In this document: positions 1 to 12,634 of the stretch, in pieces
Numbering within the stretch: position 1 is the first letter of the stretch
Layout: every line of letters starts with the position of its first letter
Source of the DNA: Octopus vulgaris
Lineage: Eukaryota
Direction: 5' to 3'
DNA length: 64,000 nucleotides
Assembly: GCA_951406725.2 (NCBI GenBank)
Contig: OX597819.1
Coordinates: 64,976,001-65,040,000, forward strand
Program-made: the position numbers and the translations under genes
Notes under the pieces: model-generated
The model's database searches: none
Told to the model about the DNA's origin: nothing
The model's input: the letters and a program-made list of their open reading frames with translations, nothing else

Positions 1-1348
1 ATTCTCACTGCACCTATATACCTGTACTAACGTCAATTAACAAGCCATGTGAATTTATTGGTTTAGAACTCAGCCGCTTAAAGCTACAGACATGAGAGAA
101 AATATTAATGGATAATGAAACAGAACGAATCGAGATCAATTAAGAATGTTTTTTTTTTTACAACATAATGGAAAGTTAGGCCGATGATTTCCTGTCGACG
201 TCATCGTTTGGGATGCAATATCTGCGGTGTTAATTCTACCCTCTTATGACAAGTTGTGTTCTGTTATAGTTCCGATTTCATGAAGACCTTTTAAACTAAA
301 CGAAGTGAATCAGCGGAGGTTCAATACACTGTAACTTATAAATGTATTGGTACGGTGGCGACTTTTATTGATGTGTATCCAGTATGTTGCCTGGTTTGGA
401 AGATAATTCGACACCACGATTAAGGGAATCTTTCGGTGACCAACTTCATTCATGATTTCTTCTTTACAAGTAACAAATCAGTCTTAGATTTCGCGACACA
501 TTCATAACTGCTATAATCTCTCACATATATAAGTACGCTCTATCAACATATATACACTGGAGAATTTTATGACATGAAGAAATCAACGGTTAAGGATTTA
601 CTTCTTGGGCTTTGGTTGAATTATGGACCTTATTAATTACTAGTTTAGTACTTTGAAGAAGAAATATCGATACACAAATATTCTATGCTCTTCGGATTCC
701 CGTAAAATATTACTTCCCTTTTCGTCAAAAAATACATATCTTGGTGTTGACCGAAAGCTAACAGTATTCGGGCTATTTAAATACTATTTAAAAGTATTTG
801 AGCTTCTACAATTTAAATGGTAGTAACGAAGCAACCCCAGTTAAAGAGTCTTCTACTTATTCAGACCTCTAAATATTTCCAACTCAGAATATCATTTATG
901 GAATGTTGTTACATAAAGAGATTAAACTGTAACTTACATTTTTGAAGGTCACATGTAATGTGCGAATCAATAAACGTTTTAGAGAAACTATATTAATTTC
1001 GTTAATTGTAATACTCGCAGGACATTTCTATCGGAAATAAATACATCGACTAGAAAAAGAATCAAGTAAAATGCTGTTAATTATGAACATTCAATAAATG
1101 AATTGTATTGAGATGTGATTCACAGTAGTGTGACCTTGTGGTTTTTCGTTATATTTATTACATCTAAGATAATCCAGGGCACATTCCATGAAAATTTGTA
1201 TGCATATGTGAAACTGTGAAAGAATGGACTCATTTGTAGCTGTGCTTCTCAACCACATAGTTACAGGTTCGGTCGCACTGCGTAGCACCTTCGCTTGGTA
1301 TATTCTACGATAACCTTCTAATAGATATGTGTATATATATATGTGTAA

Positions 1349-1578
1349 GGCGGCGAGCTGGCAGAAACGTTAGCACGCCGGGCGCAATGCTTAACCGTAT
1401 TTCGCCTGCCGTTACGTCCTGAGTTCAAGTTCCTTCGAAGTCGACTTTACATTTCATTCTTTTGGCATCGATTAAATAAGTACCAGTTACGCACTGGGGT
1501 CGATATAATCGGCTTAATGCGTTTGTCTGTCCTTGTTTGTTCTCTCTGTGTTTAGCCCCTTCTGGGTAGTAAAGAAAT
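1349..1578 (+). mobile_element. tRNA-derived SINE, family A (ggcggcgagctggcagaa... head)
   Basis: Box A-like tggcagaaacgttagc, box B-like gagttcaagttcc, central tttcattcttttggcatcgattaaataagtaccag block; more than 10 related copies in the window. Confidence 0.85.
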
Positions 1579-1829
1579 GTATATATTTATACATGTGTGC
1601 TTTTGTATTTGTGTGTGAATGTGAGGGCGTGTGCTTATTTGTGTGTGTATAAATATTTGTGTGTGTGTGTATGTCCGTATGAGCGCGTGTGTTGTATAAT
1701 CTATATGTGCATATTTATATATATATCAGTGGCAACTTGCATTATTTCAAGCAATTTTATTCTGCATTATTTACATTTTTTACATTATTTTCATTTGACG
1801 GATATTTGTCCCCATCGTGTGTGTTGTTA

Positions 1830-1872
1830 ACACAACGTTTCGGTTGATATACCCCCAGCCTTCATCAGGTGC
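1830..1872 (-). ncRNA. minimal type I hammerhead ribozyme
   Basis: Minus strand GCAC-CUGAUGA-A-GGCUG(ggggUAUAU)CAACC-GAAAC-GUU-GUGU; stem I GCAC/GUGU, one mismatch in stem II. Confidence 0.7.
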
Positions 1873-1935
1873 CCACCTAGTGTTTAAGAGCGCGAGCGAC
1901 TAACTCCAATATTCCGAGTTCGATTCTTGAAGTGG

Positions 1936-2707
<772 letters not shown>

Positions 2708-2756
2708 ATCGAAAAATACCTTAGGAATGAGAACCCAGGTTCGAAATTTCCCGAAA

Positions 2757-2799
2757 ACACCTGATGAAGGCTAGAGGTATATCAGCCGAAATGTTGTGT
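2757..2799 (+). ncRNA. minimal type I hammerhead ribozyme (C15.2 changed to U)
   Basis: ACAC-CUGAUGA-A-GGCU(agagguauauc)AGCC-GAAAU-GUU-GUGU. Confidence 0.65.
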
Positions 2800-3067
2800 T
2801 AACAACAAACAAGATGAGGACAAATATTCGTCAAATGTAAATAATGTAAATAATGTAAATAATACCTAGTCTCTTAAATATAGAATTGTATTTTATTCTC
2901 ATCGAAACGTTTAGGTTAAGTTCATATTTTAAAGACATCTTGGCATTTCACTGTTGCATTGCAGTACTTTATTTCATTGTCAAATAATATTAAATTCTAA
3001 CGTTACTACGATGCAGTCTTGATAATTATCATTATTGAAAACATGCTATTATCTCCTCCTCCATTTC

Positions 3068-3158
<91 letters not shown>

Positions 3159-3159
3159 A

Positions 3160-3242
<83 letters not shown>
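3068..3242. repeat. (ACT)n microsatellite
   Basis: Direct reading. Confidence 0.98.
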
Positions 3243-3400
3243 ATTACACCAGATTTAGCGTGAATAAAATTTAGAGATACTTAATACAAAATTAATAAAA
3301 TAGATCAAACATGCGTCTAATTATAATTAATTCTTTGACATTATAAAATCCTAGAATAAGAGAAATCGTTTAATCTCTTAATCCGAATTTATCTTCTTGC

Positions 3401-3508
<108 letters not shown>

Positions 3509-4187
3509 CGTGTGTGTGTAGGTGCGTGCGTGTGTGTGTGTGTGTATTGAAAGATGTACAAAGAGATGTATACCTATGTAAATAAGTACTCGGTGCACAC
3601 AATGACAAAACCACAGGCACACACACACAATGTCACACACACATATATCAGATAAGGATTACAAGCTGTAGACAAGCGAACTGCCTAGTTACACACACCT
3701 ATTTATGCTTATATATATATATATATACATATATAAGTATATATATATACATATATATATACATGAGTGTATATATATATATACATATATATATGTGTGT
3801 GTGTGTGTGTGTGTATTTGTATATACTTATGCATAAGTATATGCATACACTCATTCGTATATACGTACACATGGCAGAGTTGAAAAACACTGTCTGATGT
3901 TTCGTATTAATTTTCGTGGATTAGCACAGATTGTTTAATTGACTGGAAACGCCTTTTATACGCACAAACGCAAACTCTTTTAAAGTACGTTCATTTATAT
4001 ACATGAAATAATATATTAAAATATAGGGTATGTACTACTCTAACTCGCTATTGAAATATATGGAATTTTATGACTTTTTACACAAAAAGCACTGTTTCAT
4101 ATTCCTTAAAGTACATATAACATTGAGGAATATATATGTATGTATGACTAGAGCTGTACTATAGAAATGAGTAAAGGTATTTGTATT

Positions 4188-4236
<49 letters not shown>

Positions 4237-4387
4237 AGTAGATGAATGAATATTATCTTATTATGGATAATTCGGTTAACCGATACCTGGGTAGCAAATT
4301 CACGTCAGAAAAACACGGTTGAAGCTACATGCCTAGGGCAGAGATCACGTGCTATCGTGTGGAAATTTGTGTTTTTTTTTTTTAATA

Positions 4388-5225
4388 CAAATAAATGAAA
4401 GAATGGAGTTGAACGACGAATTAACAAAATTCCTTTATTTTCAACATATGTTTCGAAGGCTGCATATTCCTAATTTCGAAGGAATAAGGGGTGCATTATA
4501 CCGCCTTCTCATCAGGAAAAATAAGGAACTTATGTCAGCATCAAGATGCACAAAAAACTTTTAGATGACTGCCCACACGGAGCTCATAGCGATAATGAGT
4601 GTTTCTTTAAAATATTCCGTTATAAGCAGTGACGTCAAAAATGGTTGAATGTAGAAGATTCTAGAAGGTTCAAGGGTTCAAACAAGGTTGGAGGAGGGAG
4701 GCCTAAGAATAGGAAGGTGATAGGGTGCAGGTCATATGAATGGTGATTTTGTTGTTTTCTTTTGTGAATGAGTGCCTATGTGTGTGTATGTATATAACTG
4801 CATTAATATCTATGTGTGTGTATGTGTGTGCGTGATTGTGTGTGTGGTTGGGTAGATGCCAAAAACAGACAGTGGTGAAGTGACAGGTTTGTGTCTGTGT
4901 GTTTGACTGTGCTTACGATAGAGAGAGGGGAAGAGAGAGAGAGAGAGGAGGGGGAGGTAGAGAGACAAAGGTAAAACATACCCCAATGGATTGGGTAGTA
5001 GTCCTTTAAGAGTATAAAAATTTACTATGAGGGTGATATATAAATGGGACTATATTATTAAATTTCAGGAGGTTATCTATATTAATCATTATTCATATGA
5101 GTGAAAGGTGTGTTTTTGGACCCCTTATTCCTTCGAAATTAGGTATATGCAGCCTTCGAAACAGATGTCGAAAATAAAGGAATTTTGTTAATTCGTCGTT
5201 CAACTCCATTCTTTCATTTATTTAT
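4388..5225 (-). mobile_element. PLE remnant with inverted pseudo-LTR copies (4388-4490 and 5121-5222)
   Basis: ~100-bp inverted repeats; the left copy continues into a full hammerhead. Confidence 0.65.
4432..4526 (-). ncRNA. type I hammerhead ribozyme with long loop II
   Basis: Minus strand CCUUAUUUUUC-CUGAUGA-GAAGGC...GCCUUC-GAAAC-AUAU-GUU-GAAAAUAAAGG; the truncated plus-strand copy at ~5150-5180 has a GUC triplet. Confidence 0.8.
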
Positions 5226-5232
5226 ATATATA

Positions 5233-5324
<92 letters not shown>

Positions 5325-5354
5325 TGTATGTACATATGTGTATGTATATGTATA

Positions 5355-6150
5355 CAGGGAGAATTCACAAAAAACAAAAGAGGAAGACAGGTGTTGTAGG
5401 CAGCAAACCTGTATTAGTTTAACGCTCGGGAAGTGAAAATGTCTTTCACGTTTCGAGCCTACGCTATTCATAGAAAGGAACACAGAAAGAAACAAGGAGA
5501 AAAAATAAATAATATGTAGTGGCTAGCGATCAATCATGGCGAATGCCGGACAGAAGGGTCACACATGAGAGTCAGGAAGAAGGGGAGATAGTAAAGTCGT
5601 GGTAATCCCAAAACGAAGGTGCGAGTATGTGTGTATAAGAGAGTATATATGTGCGTGTGGAAGAGGACTGGTGACCTTGACGTGTGTGTGTGTGTATGTG
5701 TATGTGTGAAGATGTGGGGCTGGGAAATGGTCAGTGCTATTGTGTGCGTGGTGGTTTGATGTGATGTGTTGTGTGGTATGGTGGTGTATGGTGTTGTGGT
5801 GTGTGGGATGGTGTGATGGTGCTGAAGGTGGGGAGGCGAGAGTAGGGAAAGCAACTGTGGGGTGTGGGTTAGGCTGAGGGTAGGGGTAGAGGTGGGGCAT
5901 GTGGGTAGGAAGAGGGTGGGGTAGAGGTGGGGTATAAGGATATGGCTGTAAGGGATGGGTGGGGTGTGATGGGAATGATAGGGAAGGTGGGTTTCGAATG
6001 TGTAGGGGTGAAGTGGGGTGATAAGGGAGGTGCGATGATGAAGGCGGGGAAGGTGGGTAGGAGTGAAGAGAAGAGAGGAGGGTAGGAGTGAAGAGAATTA
6101 GGAGTGGGTGCAAGAGAGGAGAGATGGGTGGGAGGAGAGAGGCGAGGAGA
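5355..6150 (-). mobile_element. PLE-type 3' end (pLTR with degenerate minimal hammerhead at 5443-5477) plus G-rich low-complexity tract
   Basis: 5355-5535 is homologous, in opposite orientation, to 54478-54668; minus strand ...GCUC-GAAAC-GUG-AAAG. Confidence 0.55.
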
Positions 6151-6250
6151 GGATTCGACCTCGGCGGAATTTGAACGCGGAACGTAAAGACAGACGAAAT
6201 ACCGCTAAGCTTTTCGCCCGGCGCTCTAACGTTTCTGCCAGCTCGCCGAT
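6150..6250 (-). mobile_element. SINE family A fragment
   Basis: tcgacctcggcggaatttgaac...ctgccagctcgccg is the reverse complement of the family A head. Confidence 0.8.
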
Positions 6251-6797
6251 TTAGAGAGACAGTCAGTTATTATATAAGTACTGACGTGTCAAACGCCAGT
6301 GCTATATGACGTTAGAGAAGAGTTTAATGCCTACGATATTCTAAGCAAATCTGTTTTTTAGTCAAAGAGCATTATCATCACCCCATCATGGTGACGAGTT
6401 GGATGAATCGTTAGCAAGCTGGGCGAAATGCTTATAATGGTATTTCGCCCGGCACTCCGTTCTGATTTGAAATCCCCCCGAAGTCGACATCCTTTCAGGC
6501 CCAATAAAATGAGTTCCATTTGAAGACATTTCAGTGCCCCATAGCGATGACCTCTGACGAGTAAGCTTTAGCTGACCAGAGGATTACTTCTCTCTGCTAA
6601 CTTTTCTGTCTCTTTCCATCTTAAGATCAACAATTCTATTCTAATTTGAGTACATTGTACCTCGATACATTATATACCAACACACACGCATGTATACATC
6701 CTATTTATGTGTAAGTTTATGCCCATCTTCTATCTATATATCTATCTATCTGTCTGTCTGCCTGTCTCTCTCTCTCTCTGTCTCTCTCTCTGTCTCA

Positions 6798-6836
<39 letters not shown>

Positions 6837-6937
6837 GTTAATCCAAACATGAAAACACAAAGAGAAAACACAACAACGCGAGGACGTGGAACCAATATAG
6901 TATTATTGGACGCTCAGGAAGGAAAGGAAGAAGGAGG

Positions 6938-6972
6938 GTTTTACGTTTCGAGCGGAGCTCTTCTTCAGAAAC
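6938..6972 (-). ncRNA. minimal type I hammerhead ribozyme in a PLE-type pLTR (6837-7020)
   Basis: Minus strand GUUU-CUGAAGA-A-GAGC-UCC-GCUC-GAAAC-GUA-AAAC; all core nucleotides intact. Confidence 0.8.
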
Positions 6973-8279
6973 ATAGGGAAAGGAAAGATCCAGAGAAGGA
7001 AAGACGAGGGGAAAAAATTTCGCCAACTTCAACACTTGTAGCATAAATTCAACCAAATTTAATTTGATTTAACTAAATCAATTTAGTTAATTACTACACA
7101 CGTATATAAACACCCACTTACATGCACACATGCTCTTACACGCTCATATGCGAGAGAGCTTGAGAGTTGTATATACGACTCAAAATATTTCTCCTTCATC
7201 TAAAATGATTGACCTGTATACGTGCAAAGACCCATTATATTCATTGCAGTAATCTAGATATATACTTGTTTAGATGCTAACAAACGTACTTGTCTATCCC
7301 TGTACATAAACCTATATATTAAAGAATGAAGGCACCCGATGACGATCTGAGTTGAAGCTACCCAAAATATAAGTATGTTATACATATTTTATGAATAGCA
7401 TATATTCAAAGCATACTTATGCTTAGCTCTCTGGAAAGTTATAACGTAATTAAATATTAAATATTAAAAGCCTTTTCCATATCATTAGTCTTATAGAGAC
7501 CCCATTTATTTATGTCTATTTATTTTTACGGTTGAGTGATAAACAAATAGGATACCCTGAGTTTTATGCATTTCTTTGCCACTGAAATATATTATGCATC
7601 AATAAAAAAAATGGAATGAATATTACATAATGTTTACTTGAACAGTTTAGTTCATTTTTTCAGTCTAGCATTTAAAAAAAAGAAATGAAAGCTAAGCAAT
7701 TTAAAAATGAAAAATAATGTCTACTAGACCGAACAAAAGAGACAAAACAATGCTGATGGAATACAAAGCAGTAAAAACCGACCGAACTGGAATGAGTGAA
7801 TAGGGTGTAGTTTAAGTGCAGAAAGTGAAAAAGAGACAAAGAAGCATGGAAAAGGGAGGGAGAGAGGGAGAGAGAAAGAGAAAGAGACAGAGAGAGAGAG
7901 AGAGAGACACGCGCATAGAGAAATCGAAAGAGAGAGAGAGAGACACGCGCATAGAGAAATCGAAAGAGTTGTGTTGTATGCAGACGCTATTTCAATTTAA
8001 AATGCAAGCGACTGTGTCTCTTAACTCTCTCCTCAATTGAACATTGATAATTGTAGCATTATTGAAGCGGAATGCATACAAGCGAGAATGCGAAGACAAA
8101 TTTAATAAACGTTGGCGGTGAAGTAGGGAACTATTACTGGCTTCGTTGGGCAGTAAAGAAATGGTGTAAATTACAGTCGAGCAAGTGACTACATGTTGAG
8201 CGTAGTAGCGAGAGTTCATTTGTTCGGATTTCCTTTTCACTCTTTATAAATACACACATACAACGCATACAGACATTCT

Positions 8280-8490
8280 CTTTTACTTTTTTGCAGTTAT
8301 TTGACTGCGACCATGTTGGAGCATCGCATTTAGTAAGACAAATTGACCCCAGGACTTATTTTATTATAAGCGTAGTACTTATTCTAGAGGTCTCTTTTGC
8401 CGATCCGTTAAGTTTCGGGGACACAATATCGGTTGTCAAGCGATTGTGGTGGAGATAAACGCCGACACAGAGGCAGACACACAGACCCAC
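8280..8490 (-). mobile_element. SINE family B, 3' half
   Basis: Homologous to the 3' half of 20432-20840. Confidence 0.8.
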
Positions 8491-8507
8491 AAATACATAC
8501 ATACATA

Positions 8508-8596
<89 letters not shown>

Positions 8597-8600
<4 letters not shown>

Positions 8601-9913
8601 ACCACAGAATGAACACAATCCTCCAAATACACATGATCATAAAAAGCAAAAGACAGCCTTGATCCATGAAAAGTCTCCTTACACAAGCCCGAATTCACTC
8701 TTCAACACAGAAGCCGACAGTAAAAAAATGTGGAAGACCCAATTGCGGGATATGCGACTATCTAATTGAGGGATCAGAGTTCTCCTTCAAACAGGGACAA
8801 CGGTTTACAGTGAAAAGCAACTTCACATGTGCTTCGGAGAACCTAATATACACACTAACCTGCTCCGGGTGTCAAGAGCAGTACATAGGCCAAACAAAAA
8901 ATGGTTTACGTAAACGAATGGCCCTGCACAGATCCCAGATAAAAATTCCCCAAAACAGAAAAATAGCTTTTAGCCAACACATAGATACTTGCGCCAACAA
9001 AAAAAACACCAAACTTCAGAATTTTCCCCCTCTACCAATTTAGGGACGATACAACCTCGAGACAACGAATAAGTAAAGAAAATCTCTTTATTACAAAATA
9101 CAAGCCACTTCTTAACGGGTCTACGACAAACAATTAATATACCTCAACTTTAGAATAAAAGAAATATATACACACACAAATATTACACTCCACAGAATCC
9201 ATTACTAATCAGCCCCATCACAGCTAACTTACACCCATTCATATTCTCCCTTCTCTGTTTTTTCTTCTTCTTCTTCTTCCTCTCCTTCTTCATCATCATC
9301 ATTATCATCATCATCGTCGTCATCATCATCACCACCATCATCACCACCATCTCCTCCTTCTCTTCTTCTTCTTCTTCTTCTTCTTCTTCTTCTTCTTCTT
9401 CTTCATCATCATCATCATCAACATCGTCATCTTCTTCTTCTTCTACTTCTCCACCTTCCACCCCTTAACCTTGTCACTAATGTCTTTCAGTATAACGCCT
9501 ACGCAAATTCCATAAACAATTCCTGAATTGAACTTCGACTACTGTCAGCCACTGACCATTCAAAATACGACCATTAAGGCATTCCCAGATTCCCCCACCC
9601 CCTCTCCACATCAGCCTCATTATTCTTCACCTATCCTACCAAGAACTCAAAACGACCTCGAACACACAAGTGCAAACAAGGGAGTCAGAGAAAGGCAGAA
9701 TGCTACTTATATCTGAACACTACTACAGAAATATTCTTTTAAAAAAACTTTTCTTCTAATGTTTCTAAATTTAATTATTTAATCGTTACAGTTGAAAAGG
9801 TCTCAAAATGACCGAAACCGGTACTGAAAGATTCACTATAAAATCATCTTAGCATTTTCTATTTTTGACTTGTTTTTTCATATATATCAACTCGTGTGTT
9901 CCTTTCCACCCAT

Positions 9914-9915
<2 letters not shown>
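8597..9915 (+). mobile_element. 5'-truncated Penelope-like element (Neptune-like): GIY-YIG endonuclease (8597-9137, one stop and one frameshift) + 3' region + pLTR
   Basis: KCGRPNCGIC Cys motif, then NLIYTLTCSGCQEQYIGQT..LRKRMALH; the frameshifted tail R..KENLFITKYKPLLN ends at 9137; (TA)n on both flanks. Confidence 0.9.
9789..9826 (+). ncRNA. minimal type I hammerhead, U3:A8 core variant
   Basis: CAG-UUGAAAA-GGUC(UCAAAAU)GACC-GAAAC-CG-GUA-CUG, located at the PLE 3' end. Confidence 0.7.
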
Positions 9916-9980
<65 letters not shown>

Positions 9981-10136
9981 TTATATATATACATATATAT
10001 ATACATACATACATACATATACATATATATATGTGTGTGTATGTATATATGTACATATATAAATGCCTATACATACATACATACACACACATTCTCGCAC
10101 ACACACACACATATATATGCATACATGCATACATAC

Positions 10137-10168
<32 letters not shown>

Positions 10169-10288
10169 TAACAATTAAGGAACGGCCATAATAGGCCATT
10201 CACCCACTAGAAATAACAGCCAAAGCTTCTACCGCAAATAAAGATTAATTCCGTAAACAGGAGAAAATTAAAAAAACATTTACCCTGT

Positions 10289-10397
10289 TATTTCTTGTAC
10301 GGTATACCGTTTCATCTGCTGTTTAATGGTAAACTAACCTGATTAAATTAAATCAAGCCAATCTTCCATAAGCCCTCAGATTCTTCAGCAAGAAATA
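10289..10397 (-). ncRNA. type I hammerhead ribozyme (inverted unit)
   Basis: Reverse complement of 10940-11048. Confidence 0.85.
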
Positions 10398-10939
10398 GCT
10401 CAAGTCGGAACAGATATTTACACGAGGCATACCCAATCCTGCCAAGGCAATATCTGACCTAAAATTTTCAATCTGAGGGCTTATGGAAGATTGGCTTGAT
10501 TTAATTTAATCAGGTTAGTTTACCATTAAACAGCAGATGAAACGGTATACCGTACAAGAAATAACAGGGTAAATGTTTTTTTAATTTTCTCCTGTTTACG
10601 GAATTAATCTTTATTTGCGGTAGAAGCTTTGGCTGTTATTTCTAGTGGGTGAATGGCCTATTATGGCCGTTCCTTAATTGTTAATGTTGAACTTAAAAAT
10701 GGTCTATGACTATTTAATTTTTTCCCACTGGGCCGCTGGTGGCAAAAAAATTCTACAAAATTTTCCTTGCCACCCTATATTGATTAATTATGAATTTTTT
10801 GGTTAATTCCGTAATGGAATCGACGATTTATTTGCTGCCGATAAATTTGGCGCGAGTGCGACGATTTGAAAATTTTAGGTCAGATATTGCCTTGGCAGGA
10901 TTGGGTATGCCTCGTGTAAATATCTGTTCCGACTTGAGC

Positions 10940-11048
10940 TATTTCTTGCTGAAGAATCTGAGGGCTTATGGAAGATTGGCTTGATTTAATTTAATCAGGT
11001 TAGTTTACCATTAAACAGCAGATGAAACGGTATACCGTACAAGAAATA
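10940..11048 (+). ncRNA. type I hammerhead ribozyme, predicted cleavage after GUA at 11039
   Basis: Stem I UAUUUCUUG/CAAGAAAUA (9 bp); CUGAAGA 10949-10955; stem II AUCUG/CAGAU with a 58-nt insert; GAAA 11024-11027; stem III ACGG-UAUA-CCGU. Confidence 0.88.
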
Positions 11049-11424
11049 ACAGGGTAAATGTTTTTTTAATTTTCTCCTGTTTACGGAATTAATCTTTATT
11101 TGCGGTAGAAGCTTTGGCTGTTATTTCTAGTGGGTGAATGGCCTATTATGGCCGTTCCTTAATTGTTAATGTTGAACTTAAAAATGGTCTATGACTATTT
11201 AATTTTTTCCCACTGGGCCGCTGGTGGCAAAAAAATTCTACAAAATTTTCCTTGCCACCCTATATTGATTAATTATGAATTTTTTGGTTAATTCCGTAAT
11301 GGAATCGACGATTTATTTGCTGCCGATAAATTTGGCGCGAGTGCGACGATTTGAAAATTTTAGGTCAGATATTGCCTTGGCAGGATTGGGTATGCCTCGT
11401 GTAAATATCTGTTCCGACTTGAGC

Positions 11425-11533
11425 TATTTCTTGCTGAAGAATCTGAGGGCTTATGGAAGATTGGCTTGATTTAATTTAATCAGGTTAGTTTACCATTAAA
11501 CAGCAGATGAAACGGTATACCGTACAAGAAATA
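11425..11533 (+). ncRNA. type I hammerhead ribozyme, predicted cleavage after GUA at 11524
   Basis: Identical to 10940-11048, 485 nt downstream. Confidence 0.88.
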
Positions 11534-11754
11534 ACAGGGTAAATGTTTTTTTAATTTTCTCCTGTTTACGGAATTAATCTTTATTTGCGGTAGAAGCTTT
11601 GGCTGTTATTTCTAGTGGGTGAATGGCCTATTATGGCCGTTCCTTAATTGTTAATGTTGAACTTAAAAATGGTCTATGACTATTTAATTTTTTCCCACTG
11701 GGCCGCTGGTGGCAAAAAAAATTCTACAAAATTTTCCTTGCCACCCTATATTGA

Positions 11755-11842
<88 letters not shown>

Positions 11843-11859
11843 ATGTACATGACAAGCAT

Positions 11860-11995
11860 ATTTCATTTCCATCCACCAAACCTATTAAAACGGGTTTGGT
11901 CGGCCCATGGCTATAGTAGAGGCCATTTGTCAAAGGTGCCACGCAGTGGGACTGGATCCGAACAATGTGGTTGGGAAGCAAGCTTTTTACCACAC
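11860..11995 (-). mobile_element. SINE family B fragment
   Basis: aaggtgccacgcagtgggactg...tgtggttgggaagcaag is the reverse complement of the family B head. Confidence 0.75.
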
Positions 11996-12433
11996 AAACA
12001 AATACGCTTTAAACGTTCTGCACATGTTATGTATCTCTGGTTGCAAGATTGTGTGCAAGGGGGTTTAGGTGTATGCATGGGTGGAGAGATAGATAAAAAA
12101 TGACTATGTGTATGCAGACATGCAGATACATGCGTTCCTATAGTTATGCAGAACGCATAGAATACATACATATAGCTGCATATATGTGTAGCTACACCAT
12201 GGTTCTTGGACATCATGCCAAACATGTTTAATATAGGAAAATAAAGATGGTCACGTAAGGAAAAGGAAGATGGAGTATGGTCGCGTGTGAGCAACGAGAG
12301 AGAGAAAGAAAAAGAGAGGTAGATAGAGAGAGACAGAAAGAGAACGGTGAAGGGGAGAAAAAGGGAAGATGGAGGAGAAAACACTATAGAGTAGAGTCGC
12401 ATCAAAAAGGTCAACAAAAACTTACTTGGAAAT

Positions 12434-12467
<34 letters not shown>

Positions 12468-12583
12468 TCACACGCACAGCCACACACACATATACAGAAA
12501 CACATGATCACATAAGTACAAAACAACGTGGGAAAATAGCACTAGAATACCAAAGGTATAGTACTATACGTTCATTAAAGCTG

Positions 12584-12634
<51 letters not shown>

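Larger units (their letters stand above)
10168..11762 (+). mobile_element. retrozyme-like tandem array: ~2.7 near-identical 485-bp units (10471-11762) preceded by an inverted ~300-bp partial unit (10168-10471), within (TA)n
   Basis: Period 485 (e.g. CTGAAGA at 10949 and 11434; duplicated ORFs at 10790 and 11275); each full unit contains a complete hammerhead. Confidence 0.9.

Noticed and set aside
170-700. Possible ancient Tc1/mariner transposase (VDVIVWDAISAVLILPSY; EDNSTPR)
   Set aside because: Only faint motif echoes, many stops and no TIRs seen
5760-6150. Pro/His-rich ORF and G-quadruplex-like tract
   Set aside because: Low-complexity G-rich sequence inside a repeat remnant; no evidence of function
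6545-6590. CTGACGA inside a small hairpin
   Set aside because: No downstream GAAA or NUH arrangement
10790-10984. 64-aa ORF repeated at 11275-11469
   Set aside because: The repetition follows from the 485-bp tandem unit; no recognisable domain, and it overlaps the ribozyme
10471-11762. CRISPR-like or simple satellite interpretation of the array
   Set aside because: No variable spacers and a eukaryotic context; the internal hammerhead and inverted lead copy fit a retrozyme/PLE origin better
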